From Eledone cirrhosa (lineage: Eukaryota), in NCBI GenBank assembly GCA_964016885.1, contig OZ024743.1, positions 258,478,001 through 258,542,000 of the forward strand: a stretch of 64,000 nucleotides of DNA, given 5' to 3'. Positions within the stretch are counted from its first letter, which is position 1. Every line of letters begins with the position of its first letter. The position numbers and the translations under genes are program-made. The notes beneath the pieces are model-generated. The model ran no database searches. It had not been told where the DNA came from and worked only from the letters and a program-made list of their open reading frames with translations. Below, in pieces: positions 14,626-26,213 of the stretch.

Positions 14626-16450
14626 ACTCATGGTTGACAGAAATATTGAGAAAACATTTGTTAGAAATGGACGGCAGTCTATAGTTATTATGTAGAAGTA
14701 GGTTTAATTGTTTTCAAATAATTAAATAGAGAGATATTAAATAGATAGAAATTAATTGGATAATCGCAATTATAGTGAAGATAAATCTCAATATAAACAT
14801 CAGTTGTGTGTCCATAAACATCAAGTGTGTGTCATACTTGCCAAAATCTTTTCGAAAGTTTCAAACTTTATTCAAGTCAGATTTTTTTATTTTAGTCTAG
14901 AGGCAATATTTTTCTTTTATTAGGTAGGACTTGGGGAAGGAAACAGTACCCATGGACTTCACTGACCCATTGTGATGGGAGAGAACAATGTCTTTGATTT
15001 TATGTTTATATTATTACATGTTCCCTCATATGGGAAAGGCATGAGCAGGAAAGAAGATCCAGAGAGCCAACATTCAAAGTTTGATAGACTAAGCATGGAG
15101 GTTAGATACAACATGGGTGATGAGAATAGGAGGAGGACCAGGGAGTTAGGAGGACCTGAGTGGAAGTGGCATGAGTTCATAAGGCCCTGAAGAGCAGAGA
15201 CCATTGTAGTAGTTTTAGAAGGGCAGATGGAGAAAACAGTATATGTGTGCCCTAGGGTTTGGAGTGGAGGAAGGGACATAGGACCAGTAAGCTCTGAGAA
15301 ATAGAGACCATTGTAGTAACAGTAGGGTTTCTGAGAGTGGTGGAAAAGAGAGAAGAAAGTATTAGGAGACCTGCCTCAATGTTTGCATCAAGGTAGATTC
15401 TGTTAAAGGCATCCAAGAGCCTGGCATGGCTTTTAAACTGGATGGCAAATATGTCTACAGCCCAAGATGACCATGGCAAGATTTGAACTCAGAATTCAAA
15501 GAGATAGAACAAATATAGCTAGGTATTTTGTCTGATGTTCAAATAATTCTACCAGTCCATCATTCAAGACTGGTGGTAATTTATCAGCAGAAAGGTGACA
15601 GGCAAATTTTATCTCGGTTGGATTTGAAATCATAAACACAAATAGCTCTAATAAATATAACAGAACATGTTCTCAAATATACTAAGGTTTCTGTAATTTA
15701 GATAGTTTATTATTAATTTAGATAGATTGTTATGAAAGTCTTATTCAAAATATATTCAGGATAGTAACTATTTAAACTTTAATCCATGAGTCAGACCTAC
15801 AGTAGATTGAACAACTGAATACTCATCTCTGGAATGAACAGGAAATCCATCATAAACCATATATAAATGCAATGGTTAGCCAACACAATGTATATAATAT
15901 TATCCAAGATCTACAGTATAAATATCTCATGAACTGAAAGAAGAGGAAGAAAAGATCTGGTATAATTATTCATAATTGTTTAAAATTAATTAATATGCTT
16001 TGTTAGAAGAAAAATGATTTTTTTTTTCTCAAATAACCAAAATTTGTTTGGCATTGAAACAAAAGCCATTTCAAAGTAGATAAGAGTTTGGATAAATTCC
16101 AATTATTAATGTCTTATGTAAATGATAAATAATAGTAAGTCTATGGAATTTATGGCAAGCTGACAAAGGATAATGTTGATGTAATTTAGACATTATTTTA
16201 AAATATTATTTTACAAGTTACAAGTTACAGCATATGTTAAACTTGAAAGAAATTATGCTAATGGCCTTTAATTCATCAACATCAGACAACGAAATTACTA
16301 CATAATTAAACAGTTATGTCATCTCTCTCTCTATCTATATCACTCTCTCTTCTCTCAACGCCCATAGCAAGGAAATCTCTAGTTGCGATGTTTAATTAAA
16401 CCAAGTATTATTACCAAATTTATATGCATACACAATATTAATAATTTTAA

Positions 16451-17218
16451 CCCTTTCGTTACTATGTACTGCAAATACTCAAATATAAGCCAACACCACT
16501 ATTTTATGCCTGAGAAATTGGCAAAAATCCAAACCCTGTTTATAATACAAAGCTTCTAATCAACATATTATGTTTAGATGGCATGGCTTTGAAATTCTCA
16601 TGAGTATTTATGAAGTTTTAAAATTTTGATGTTTAAATGTTTTAAGTATTGTTTAAAATATAGTTTTTGTTTCAGAACTACATTATGTAATGAGTTTCCA
16701 TTACCTTAAGTTTCAACAAGTTTCAATATCAAGCAAGATATCGAATAAGAGAACTTTGTATAGAGATTCATAGAATATAAGACAACCTTCCATTTTACCA
16801 TTGACATTTTTATCACATATTCCTCAGCTTATATTCAAGCATATACAGTGTGTGTTTCAAATAATTTAAAAAATAATCAAGAATTCAAAGAGATTTATTA
16901 ATATGGTTTGGAGCATAACTTAACAATGTTCTTCTCTAAAATTATGATGGACGTTTTTAGATAATTATAAACATTTAAACTTTTATTTCCCTATTTCTAA
17001 TAAAAGATGATGTTTATGATTTTAAAAACAGGAAAAAATTTGGAGAGATTTAATAAAACTATTTTCTCATTATTAAGCTGGTGTTTGGAGCATAACTTAA
17101 CAAAGCTTCATACATAAAATTATGATGGAAGAATTTTAGATAAATATAGACACATTAAAATAAACAGTTTTGTATTATACAACCTGGCATGGTTTCAAAT
17201 GGTTTGATATCAAAAGGG
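16451..17218. mobile_element. piggyBac-type MITE / non-autonomous DNA transposon
   Basis: TTAA|CCCTTT... at the left and ...AAAAGGG|TTAA at the right (TTAA target duplication, CCC/GGG termini). Internal ~150-bp duplication (GGAGCATAACTTAACAA...AAAATTATGATGGA). Confidence 0.65.
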
Positions 17219-17289
17219 TTAAAAAGTCACACACTGGTTGTAGTTCAGTACTCTATTGTTGACTAACTTGTTAATCAATGAAGTCATCT

Positions 17290-17352
17290 ATTCTAATGGT
17301 TAGGGTGTTGGGATCATGGTCATAAGGCTGTAAGTTCAATTCCTAGACCTGA
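17290..17352 (+). mobile_element. tRNA-like SINE head fragment
   Basis: A-box-like TAATGGTTAGG and B-box-like AGTTCAATTCC at tRNA-like spacing; resembles the 47912 head. Confidence 0.5.
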
Positions 17353-17889
17353 TGATGAGCACGACAGCTTCGGAGTGGAGTAACCCTGTGAAGAATTGAG
17401 TCTCGACCAGGAGGAAAGAGTCTTGTGGTCTTTTATACTGGCTGTCTCAAGTCTTATTGGCCTGTCAGCTTGTTCTTTCTTAATTACCCTTCATAGAACC
17501 ACAAAATATAAAGAATCATGATAGTGTGAAGAAACAGTAAGAGAAAAAGAAGACAGTATCATACTGATATTGGTTCAGAAATCATAGTAGAAGGAAATGT
17601 TTGGTACTAAATTATGTCCACAAGAAATTATATTAATAAAATAAAGAAATCATTTATTTACTGTAAAACAAGATTCATTCAAATATTTATAAATATTTAT
17701 ATCAACAATGATTAACCTCTTCATGATGTCAACATTTCTAATTCTTTATCATCTGAAGGAATTTATAGTTATTTGCTGTGTCTAGTTTATTATAGGTATA
17801 TTGTATCCTTTCTTGTTGTAAAAAGTGACAAAAATGGTTGGTACCAGGAAAAAGAACTGACTTCAGAACATTGCTTCAAAAATAATCTC

Positions 17890-18188
17890 TTAGTGAGTAT
17901 GAAACTTGTCATGAGACTCTTCATTATTTTCAAAATTAATTGAAAACCATAAACAGTGCCTTTCATTAGAAATATGGTTATAAAAGAACTAAAATGTTTA
18001 TATTTATTTAAAAGGCTTCCATCATAATTTTATGTAAGAATCTTTATTAAGTTATGTCCTAAACACCAACTTGATAATAATAAAGTTAGTTATATTACCA
18101 AGTCTCTCCAAATTCTTGATTATTTTCAAAATTAATTGAAAATCATAAGCCATGACTTTCATTAAAAATATGGTAAGAAAAGGGTTAA
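17890..18188. mobile_element. Inverted partial copy of the piggyBac-type MITE
   Basis: 18015-18110 is the reverse complement of 17041-17130; ends ATGGTAAGAAAAGGG|TTAA. Confidence 0.65.
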
Positions 18189-18679
18189 ATTCCTACAATA
18201 ATGACTGCTAACAATTAGAATATCATGTGGGTTGTAGAATCAATATGCCAATAACATTTTTTTTTGCTGAAATTCAAACCATGTGACACATCACACTGAC
18301 CCCCTGTGATAATGTGCACATTTCTAGGGGTTCAATATTATATGTGAGTATATCAATCAATTGATCAATACTTCTAACATATTGTATTGAAAGTGTAATC
18401 ATAGACCAACTTCCTTCCAATACATATCAATACTGTCAATCAATAGATAACATTTAATTCAATGCAGTATCATGGATGGATGATCTGGGATTTTAACAAT
18501 TCTGCTAGATCTTGTAACATATGGCTGCTTGATGGTATCTGTTGTATTTAGAATAATAGGGAGGATAGAAATGTTGTGGTGGTTGTGGTTGTGGTTGTGG
18601 TGGTGGCGGGTGCAGTGGTTTCTTTAATATTATCATTACACACTGATTGAGATTCAGTAATTTATCATGTTTCAGGAAA

Positions 18680-18960
18680 TCGTACTATGGTGGGACATGC
18701 TCATCGGTTTGTATTGCTTCATTGGTTTCAAGAAGTAATTTCCAATTATTTGGAAATTATTTGAAAGATTTGACAGAATGTAACTGGACAGAGATTGCAC
18801 TATGGTGGGACATGCTCATTGATTTTGTGATTTCATTGGTTTCAATTATTTGAGAGATTTGGCACTATATAACTGGACACAAATTGTAATGTGATGGGAC
18901 ATGCCAATCGATTTGTGTGGTTTTGTTAGTTTCCAAAAATGAGAGATTTGATAGTATACG
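18680..18960. repeat. Degenerate ~90-120-bp tandem repeat (3 copies)
   Basis: Recurring TGGGACATGC(T/C)(C/A)AT...GTTTC...GAGAGATTTG...AACTGGACA. Confidence 0.7.
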
Positions 18961-19544
18961 GCTAGAATGGACCATTTATCCTGTCATTTCAAGACAACAG
19001 CAGAGATAATTCAATTAAACTGTCCTCTCACTTAGCTGAACCAGAGTCAAAGGGTCAGGAAATATAAACTGACTTATCATGATATATTAGTGAGTCCTAA
19101 CCTTGGGTCTGCTGACCCCTTTGTGTCTACAAAGGTTGTACTGGTGGATCATGGAATATGTTCAAACTTTCAAGTGCTTTGAGAAAAACATATATGCGCA
19201 ATTATTCTTTAAGTGTACACATTTCTCTTTTTTAAGTTGCTATTTCCACCTTATCACAATCTAGAAAGGAAGTAATTTAGTGAAAGATGTGCCTTTCAAA
19301 AATCTGGCATCCATGAAAAAATGCATTCAAATGTAAGGGGTCTTATCGTAATTGAGCTGTTACTGAACTTAGATTTAGTCGCTAGTGTTAAAAATTATAA
19401 TATGAATTTATCTGTTATAGTTGATCTTAGATTTATCTTAGTTGAGCTGTAACTGAAATCCTTAATCAACTGATATTTTTTTCTTTTAATCAGTTTTTAA
19501 TAATAGTTTTCTCACATAATTATCAGCATTTCTCATTTGTCCTG

Positions 19545-19940
19545 GGTCTATTACTAACTTTGGGAGGCTTACGTTTTACATCTAGCTTGGGCCTATTATC
19601 AGATATGAATACTTACATTTCAAATTTGTCCTCCAGCTATTACCAGCTTGTGGGTGGTGGTAGGCTACATTTTACATATGGCTTGAGCCTATTATCATGT
19701 TTGGTTGGCCTATATTTCATATCTCTCCTAGATCTATTACCAGCATTTAGGGTGGAATGTGATACTACATTTTACATCGGCTTAGGCTTATTACCAGATT
19801 TGGTGGGCATATATTTCACGTTTTTGGCCTATTACCAGCTTGGTGGGGTGCTGTGGGTTGCCATGGGAATCTACATTTTACATCTGTCCAAGGGCCTATA
19901 GTTTGGCCTACAGTTTATAGCTGATCCATCACCAGATTTG
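19545..19940. repeat. Degenerate ~45-55-bp tandem repeat
   Basis: Recurring ACATTTTACAT..GCTTGGGCCTATTACCAG.TTGGTGGG. Confidence 0.7.
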
Positions 19941-20024
19941 AATGGGTTTGAATGTATCATACTGTACAAGAAAACACTTTTCTTAGTGGATAACCAGTAA
20001 TTGTTATATTATTCGGAGTCAGGA

Positions 20025-20640
20025 GGACACTTCTGCTAACCCACTTTATGCTGCTGATTTACATGATAAACGCCCCCAGTAAAGTGGTTGGTGATGGGAA
20101 GGGCATCCAACCATAGAATGCTTGCCAAAAAAGGGTAAAAAAGACTCTCCAGTTATTTCAAAGACGTGACCTCTCTAGTGTTTGTGATTTACATGTAAAT
20201 GCACCCAGTACACTCTGCAAATTAGTTGGTGATTGCAAGGGCAGCCAGCTATAGAAAACCTGCCAAAGAGTTGGGAGGACACTTCAGCTAACCTCCCTAA
20301 TGTTGGTGATTTACAAAATAAATGCACCCAGTACACTCTGTAAAGTGGTTGGTGATATGAAGGGCACCCTATTGCAGAAAACCTTCCAAACAAAGGGTTG
20401 AAATTATTAAAATCCCAGATCATTCAATTGTGTTAAATATATGACAACACACCCAGTGTTAGTGATTTACGCAATATTCACTGTCAGAACACTCTGTAAA
20501 GTTGTTGGTGGTAGGAAGGGCATACAGCCTTAAACCACCTGCCAAACAAAAGGTTTGGAAAACACTTATGTGGTGACAAAGACATGACAACCTGCCAAGA
20601 GCTGGTGTCGTGATAAAACTCACTTGGTATTGTGCAGACT
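20025..20640 (+). repeat. Tandemly amplified SINE-body segment (~125-145-bp period, ~4 copies)
   Basis: Repeated CACCCAGTACACTCTGTAAAGTGGTTGGTG..GAAGGGCA...AGAAAACCTGCCAAA, the same core as the SINE-like module at 11810. Confidence 0.7.
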
Positions 20641-20899
20641 CATATATTAGCAAGTCACAGGCTTTGGGCCCATCTGAACACTTGGTAGGGTACAGAAATG
20701 TAAGAAAGGTGTAGGCTCCCAGCTCCTCTGAGAAGTCAGTACCTCTGCTTTATGTAGCAACCCTGGTCTGCTGATGACCCATCCAACCCTTGCTAGCAAG
20801 GAAAGTGGGCATTAAATGATAATAATGATTATGTTGATGTAGAAATGGATGGTTGATTGATAGAGTTGTTAGAATGTGTTGCAATGTTTGTTCTGGTTG

Positions 20900-21105
20900 G
20901 TGGATTGGCAGCATTGGTAAAGCAACGGATAAAATGCTATTGTACTATTTTTACATTCTGAGTTCAAATCCCGCTGAGATCACCTTTGCCTTTCATCTTT
21001 CTGGGGTGAATAAAATAAAATACCAGTCAAGTACTGGGGTTGATTTAATGAACTTTGCGCTCTTCCTCCAAATTTCCTGGTCTTGTGCTTCAATTAAAAA
21101 TTAAT
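20900..21105 (+). mobile_element. tRNA-derived SINE with Nin/Deu-like domain
   Basis: B box GAGTTCAAATCCCGC, then CTTTGCCTTTCATCTTTCTGGGGTGAATAAAATAAAATACCAGTCAAGTACTGGGG. Confidence 0.7.
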
Positions 21106-21255
21106 ATATGTTCTGGCTCTCTGTGCTGTGAGCTTTGCCTTACATCCTTCTGGAGTCAATGTAGAAATTAAGAGCCCAGTGCTACTGCAGCCTTCTCTCC
21201 TTCCCAACTTTCACATCCTGAAAATTTAACAAGATCAAGGTTAGAGGGTCTAGAG

Positions 21256-21511
21256 CAGGGGTCTCAAACATCTCGCCCACAAACTACTTTTCTATGGCTC
21301 ATGACAGAACATCTTAACCAGAAAATTTGTCCTCCTACATTTTGTACTTATTCACAAATTCCACTTCCTATCATATGTGTATTTCTTTTGATGAAGAAAA
21401 CATAGCAGCCTATCAGCTGTATTATAGGATAGCATTATAATTGGTGGAAATCTTGCCCCCCTCCTTCAGGATGGGATTGGCCCTTTTGAATCTTTGAGTT
21501 TGAGACCTTTA
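21256..21511. mobile_element. hAT (Charlie-like) MITE, 256 bp
   Basis: Exact 8-bp target duplication GTCTAGAG (21248-21255 and 21512-21519). Terminal inverted repeat CAGGGGTCTCAAAC versus decayed GTTTGAGACCTTTA. Confidence 0.85.
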
Positions 21512-21578
21512 GTCTAGAGGGTGTCTCTGCCTGCTCATGACTACAAGGGCACATATAACTCTTTGCAAAAGCATAGGA

Positions 21579-21871
21579 TATATTACCAAGTCATACTCGA
21601 TTGTAAGTGACAGCCAGTGTAGTTTAGTATTCAGTGTAACTTTTGAAATAAAATAGTGTCCTAATAATTTGTGCTAGACTCTTTAATAACAAATTAAGTC
21701 ATCAAAACTAACCACTGAAGCCATGGTACATATTATCAAGTCACACTCTATTGTAAGTGACAGCCAGAGTAGTTTAGTATTCAGTGTAACTTTTGAAGTA
21801 AAATATTGTCCTAATAGTTTGTGCTAGACTCTCTAATAACCAATTAAACTATCAAAACTGACCACTGAAGC
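21579..21871. repeat. 150-bp-period tandem duplication, 2 copies, ~90% identical
   Basis: TATTA(C/T)CAAGTCA...ACCACTGAAGC starts at 21581 and 21731. Confidence 0.9.
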
Positions 21872-22320
21872 GGTCAAGGAAGTAGCTGCTGTAATTAATG
21901 AAATGCACAGTTGATAGATTGGAAAATCTACATTGTCAGTTAGACTAAAAGAGTCTTTATTTTTCTATTGATATAATGTATTTGTGAACAATAGAATTGT
22001 TAGTTTAACTCGCAAATCATTGGTTCACTGCTTTCAACAGTTAATTTTACAGATCAACCTGTCTCATACTTGATTTTCTATAACAAACAGTATGGTAATA
22101 AATATGTCATTGCTAATTATGGTATGATTTTCAAATTACAATATTGAGAAAACAAGATGTGTGTGTGGGGTGTGGGTGCTATATATAAATTATATATATA
22201 TATATATATGGTTTACGAAAGTCACTTGTGTTATTTCAGCAATCAGCAGCCATACATGTATGTGTGTGTGTGTATATATATATACACACACAATACAATA
22301 ATATATATACACACAATACA

Positions 22321-23228
22321 ATGGCTGTAATAGTAGTGTGCATGAATGACAAAGTATCAATGAACTGAAAAAGAATCTAGATATAAGAGGGTTAGATGCT
22401 GTGTACAGGAGAGGAAATTGCAATGGTTTAGATATGTGATGCATAAGGAGGATGACAGCTGTATAAAACGGTGCAGGGCCCTCAAAATTGATGGAAACTA
22501 TGGAAGAGGAAGATCTAGGAAAGCTTGGAGTGAAGTGATAAAAGCTGACCTTGCCTAATCAAACCTCACAAAGGAGATGACACAGGAACAAGATCTCTGG
22601 TGTCATGCTGTACTGCAGAAGACTTGTCTTCCCATGTACACAAAATAAAATGAAACACTAGTCTGCACCAATCTTCTCTTCAACCCTCACCATTCACTCT
22701 CCCCAGTCTTAATACTCTGCCTTCACCAGCTAAATATTAAACTTGCCTACTTGGTCCCACTCCAAACTCTCACTCCTTATGCACATTAACTGCCCAACTC
22801 GTGCATACAATCACAAAAGCTGGAAACATACTACATCTGATCTCCCACAATGTTGTTGGCACAACAAAAATCACTTAATCCACCCTGTATGCTGAGCCAC
22901 TGCCACAATAACAAAGCACCCATTCCATCCTGTAAGGTGATCATGTTGGTGACATGACAAAAATCGCCCAGTTCTCCCTGCTGGTGACACAACAAAAAGC
23001 ACTGAATCCAACCTGTAAGGTGGTCATGCTGGTGACACAACAAAAAGCGCCCAATCTACACTGTAAGATGGTTGGCATTAGGAAAGGCACCTAGCTGTAA
23101 AAACCAAGCTAAAATACAGATCCATATGAGCATTATAAGGTCTCCGAACCTAACTTCTCTCATAACATGACAATCCATCTAATCTATTCAGAAGTGGAAA
23201 ATAGACATTAAATGATGTTGTTGATGAT
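22321..23228 (+). mobile_element. Chimeric RTE derivative: RTE C-terminal coding piece, C-rich spacer, SINE-like module, (GAT)n tail
   Basis: Translation WFRYVMHKEDDSCIKRCRALKIDGNYGRGRSRKAWSEVIKADL, followed by CACAACAAAAAGC..CTGTAAG subunits and tail GTGGAAAATAGACATTAAATGATG. Confidence 0.8.
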
Positions 23229-23260
23229 ATATGTATACATATATATATATATATATGAAA

Positions 23261-23312
23261 AAGTATGACCCCGACGGCAGAGCTCAAGCCGTTTAGACAG
23301 CTATTTCTGGAC
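23261..23312 (-). ncRNA. 3' half of a type I hammerhead-like motif between (TA)n tracts
   Basis: Reverse complement reads ..TAAA CGGC TTGAGCTCT GCCG TC GGGGTC; homologous to the 46481 and 49393 copies. Confidence 0.45.
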
Positions 23313-23344
23313 TATATATATATATATATATACATACATACAAG

Positions 23345-24170
23345 AATACAAACTTCATAAAGTGATGAAACAAATCAATGATTTATTACACCCATTCCAA
23401 AACTGTCTAACTGATAAGGATTTAGACTATCTCACCAATTTTAGATGTAAGACAAGTAATCTTTATGGATTACTGAAAATAACAAGAATTAACTAATTCT
23501 TGAGATATGCAAAGAGACAAAAACCAATTGTGTAAATATACGCACACAAACATAAAACTAAGATACATCATAGCAGGTCCAATTTGGGAGACACATCACC
23601 TAAGTAACTTCTTAGACATCTTATTCAAACACATCTGGAGCTTCAGGTGAGATGATCTAGATATACTCAACCATCTACCAAATAAAGTAAACTGAAACAC
23701 ATAGTTGCATTGGATGTTGTGAACTTATATAGTAATTTTCCACATGACTATGGAATCAAGGCTATCAAATACTGGCTGGACTCATTCCCCTATGAGCCAC
23801 CAATACGTATTGACAGAAATTTCATCATGGACAGTCAACAATTTATTTTTAAAACCAACTGCTTTAAGTTTAACAAAAAGGCCTACCAGCAAAAATCAGG
23901 AACAGCCATGTGGACAAAGGTTGCGCCAAGATATTGCAATTTAGTCATGGGATTTCATGAATTACAAATCTACAAACAAACCTCTCAAATTTATGGGAAT
24001 GAATTCAGTTGTTATATAAAAGAAAACTAGAAAAGAAACCTGGACAACATTTTTTATTCTGTGGAGAGAAAACCTTGATAAACTGAAAATATTTCAGATG
24101 CTCATCAATAATGTGAACCCTATCATCCAATTCACTATGGATTTCAGCCATGAAAAACTTCTTTCTTAGA
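23345..24170 (+). pseudogene. Penelope-like retroelement reverse transcriptase remnant (frameshifted, with stops)
   Basis: Motifs LTDKDLDYLTNF..KTSNLYGLLKI, IIAGP, LDVVNLYSNFPH, FKFNKKAYQQKSGTAMWTKVAP, *KRNLDNIF (decayed WxRYxDDIF) and PIIQFTM are characteristic of PLE RTs. Confidence 0.85.
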
Positions 24171-24185
24171 CATCAAACTGATGCA

Positions 24186-24286
24186 ATTGTAGAAGACACT
24201 TGCTCAAAGTGCCAAGCAGTGGGACCAAACTTGGAAACATGTATTTCCAAATGCAAACCCCCTACCTGCACAGCTGTGCCTGCAAC
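24186..24286 (-). mobile_element. tRNA-derived SINE head fragment
   Basis: GTAGAAGACACTTGCTCAAAGTGCCAAGCAGTGGGAC; the reverse-complement motif is at 53095 and related copies lie at 59215-59545. Confidence 0.6.
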
Positions 24287-24292
24287 TATATT

Positions 24293-24339
<47 letters not shown>

Positions 24340-24377
24340 TAATAATGTGTATATATATATATATATATATATATTCA

Positions 24378-25626
24378 CTAGCTCCAGTACCCGGTAATAC
24401 TCAGGAAAGGTGGGGTTATTCGCAGTTCCCAGAATGCGCCTGAAAATGCTAGCGACCCTGGATGCCCATACTGGATTTTCTATAGTAACCTTTGCTAGAT
24501 GTGTTTATCACAGATAAATTTTTTGTGTGGCACTATAAATAGCTGTTTAAGTCAAAAGTCCTTCTTCCATTCATTCAGAGTGAATATGCCAAGGAAGTTT
24601 GAGCTCGAAGAGTATTGAACTTATTCAACAAACTTATGTATAAAATAGCAAATTTACTGCCTTAGCGCTCAAGAACAAACACAAAACAATTGAGGAAGTC
24701 ATCGCAATTAATGAAGAAATTATAACTGAGTGAACATATTCAGGTACTGTTCAAGCATCCTGTATATCACCGTTTGTAAAGCCCTTCGAATGACTGAAGC
24801 AATTCAATAAAACCATCCCATTTGTCCCCTAGAGTAGATATAACCCAAGAAAACACACCATAATAAGGCAGATAAACAATCAGAAGTGTTGGCCCTAAAG
24901 AGAGCCTTGTAACATTCACTGTTGCAAAGTGTCAATAATGGGGGAGAAGTTACATCTTCTTAATTCGTGTTAATCTTCCCACAATCCAACAGCTCGTAAT
25001 ATCGACAAAATAAACTCTACTCTTAAAGACAGGATGTTACAATAAACATGCTGGGAGTACGAATATTCGTCAACATACGATTTGGGTTTTATTCTTTGGA
25101 CTAATCTCATGGTAAGCCAACTCCCAGGTCATTGATCATCACACTTTTTTGTAACTTATCACCAATTCCTGCAGTTGACCTTAATGTGACCTAAGCATAC
25201 ACACGTGTTCAGAATCCATATCAGTGGATGTGATATATGACATCTGTTCAGTCGTCAACCAAAATTAGATTGTTGTCTGCTTTGTTTGAAATTTCTTTGT
25301 ATATTTCTAATAGGTTGTTGCCTCATTTTGGAGGACTGAGTTGTGAGAGGAGGAAGGGGAGTAGCAGGAGGGAGGGTTTAACATATAGTAGTAGTATCTC
25401 CCCTTCCCTTTCTCTCACTGAAACATCTTCTCTTTCTTCCTCCATTATAAAGATGTCCCCAGGGGTTCCATTATTAATTTTTATTGAAATCCTATTGGCC
25501 AGTCTTGTTTCTGAATATTAGCTTAACATGTGTGTAAAGTTACATCAGGATCGGATCACTGGTATAGGCGCCAACTGTTTATACACATATACACAGACAA
25601 ACAGAAATTGCCATTTATATAGTAGA
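24378..25626 (-). mobile_element. Non-autonomous Helitron (~1.25 kb)
   Basis: The minus strand begins A|TCTACTATATAAATGG and ends with a GC-rich subterminal hairpin remnant CCTGAGTATTACCGGG then TACTGGAGCTAG|T: TC...CTAG termini in an A|T target with no target duplication. Confidence 0.7.
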
Positions 25627-26213
25627 TTATATTAAGGCTGAATAGTGACTCGTGTTACTCTTGAGTTACACCTGTTTATCACAAGCTCATCAGACAAGTA
25701 AAATGTGGAGTGGGTATTAAAACTCTACTTCGGTATTGAGTACTCCTTTCTCTTAGCCATCAACCACATAACTGTGTAATTTTGCCTCATGTGTTTTCTT
25801 CTGTTTTATCTATTAACTATATATATATATATATATCACATACACATATAAGTGAGTGAGTATACATATATATAATTCAGCCATAGAACAATGGGTTCAA
25901 TAAAAAATATAGATATATAAACTACAGATGAATAATTAATAAGCATTGAGTACTCCATTATATCTGGTCATTTTTGTTTCTTTAACTCACACCTGAAATA
26001 TTTGTATCTACCTATATTTCATATATAAATACATATATACATATACATATGTTCATTCATTCATATTTATATATATGTGTGTGTGTGTGTGTAAAGTATA
26101 TGGAGGGAGGCTGTGCTGGAAAGAACTCATCCAACCCATGCAGATGTAAAATGATGATAATATACATACTTACATAAATACATATGCACAAACATACATA
26201 AATACATACGGAT

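Noticed and set aside
19088-19345. hAT-MITE-like left end (GTCCTAACCTTGGGTCTGCTGACCCC)
   Set aside because: No matching right terminus or target duplication found.
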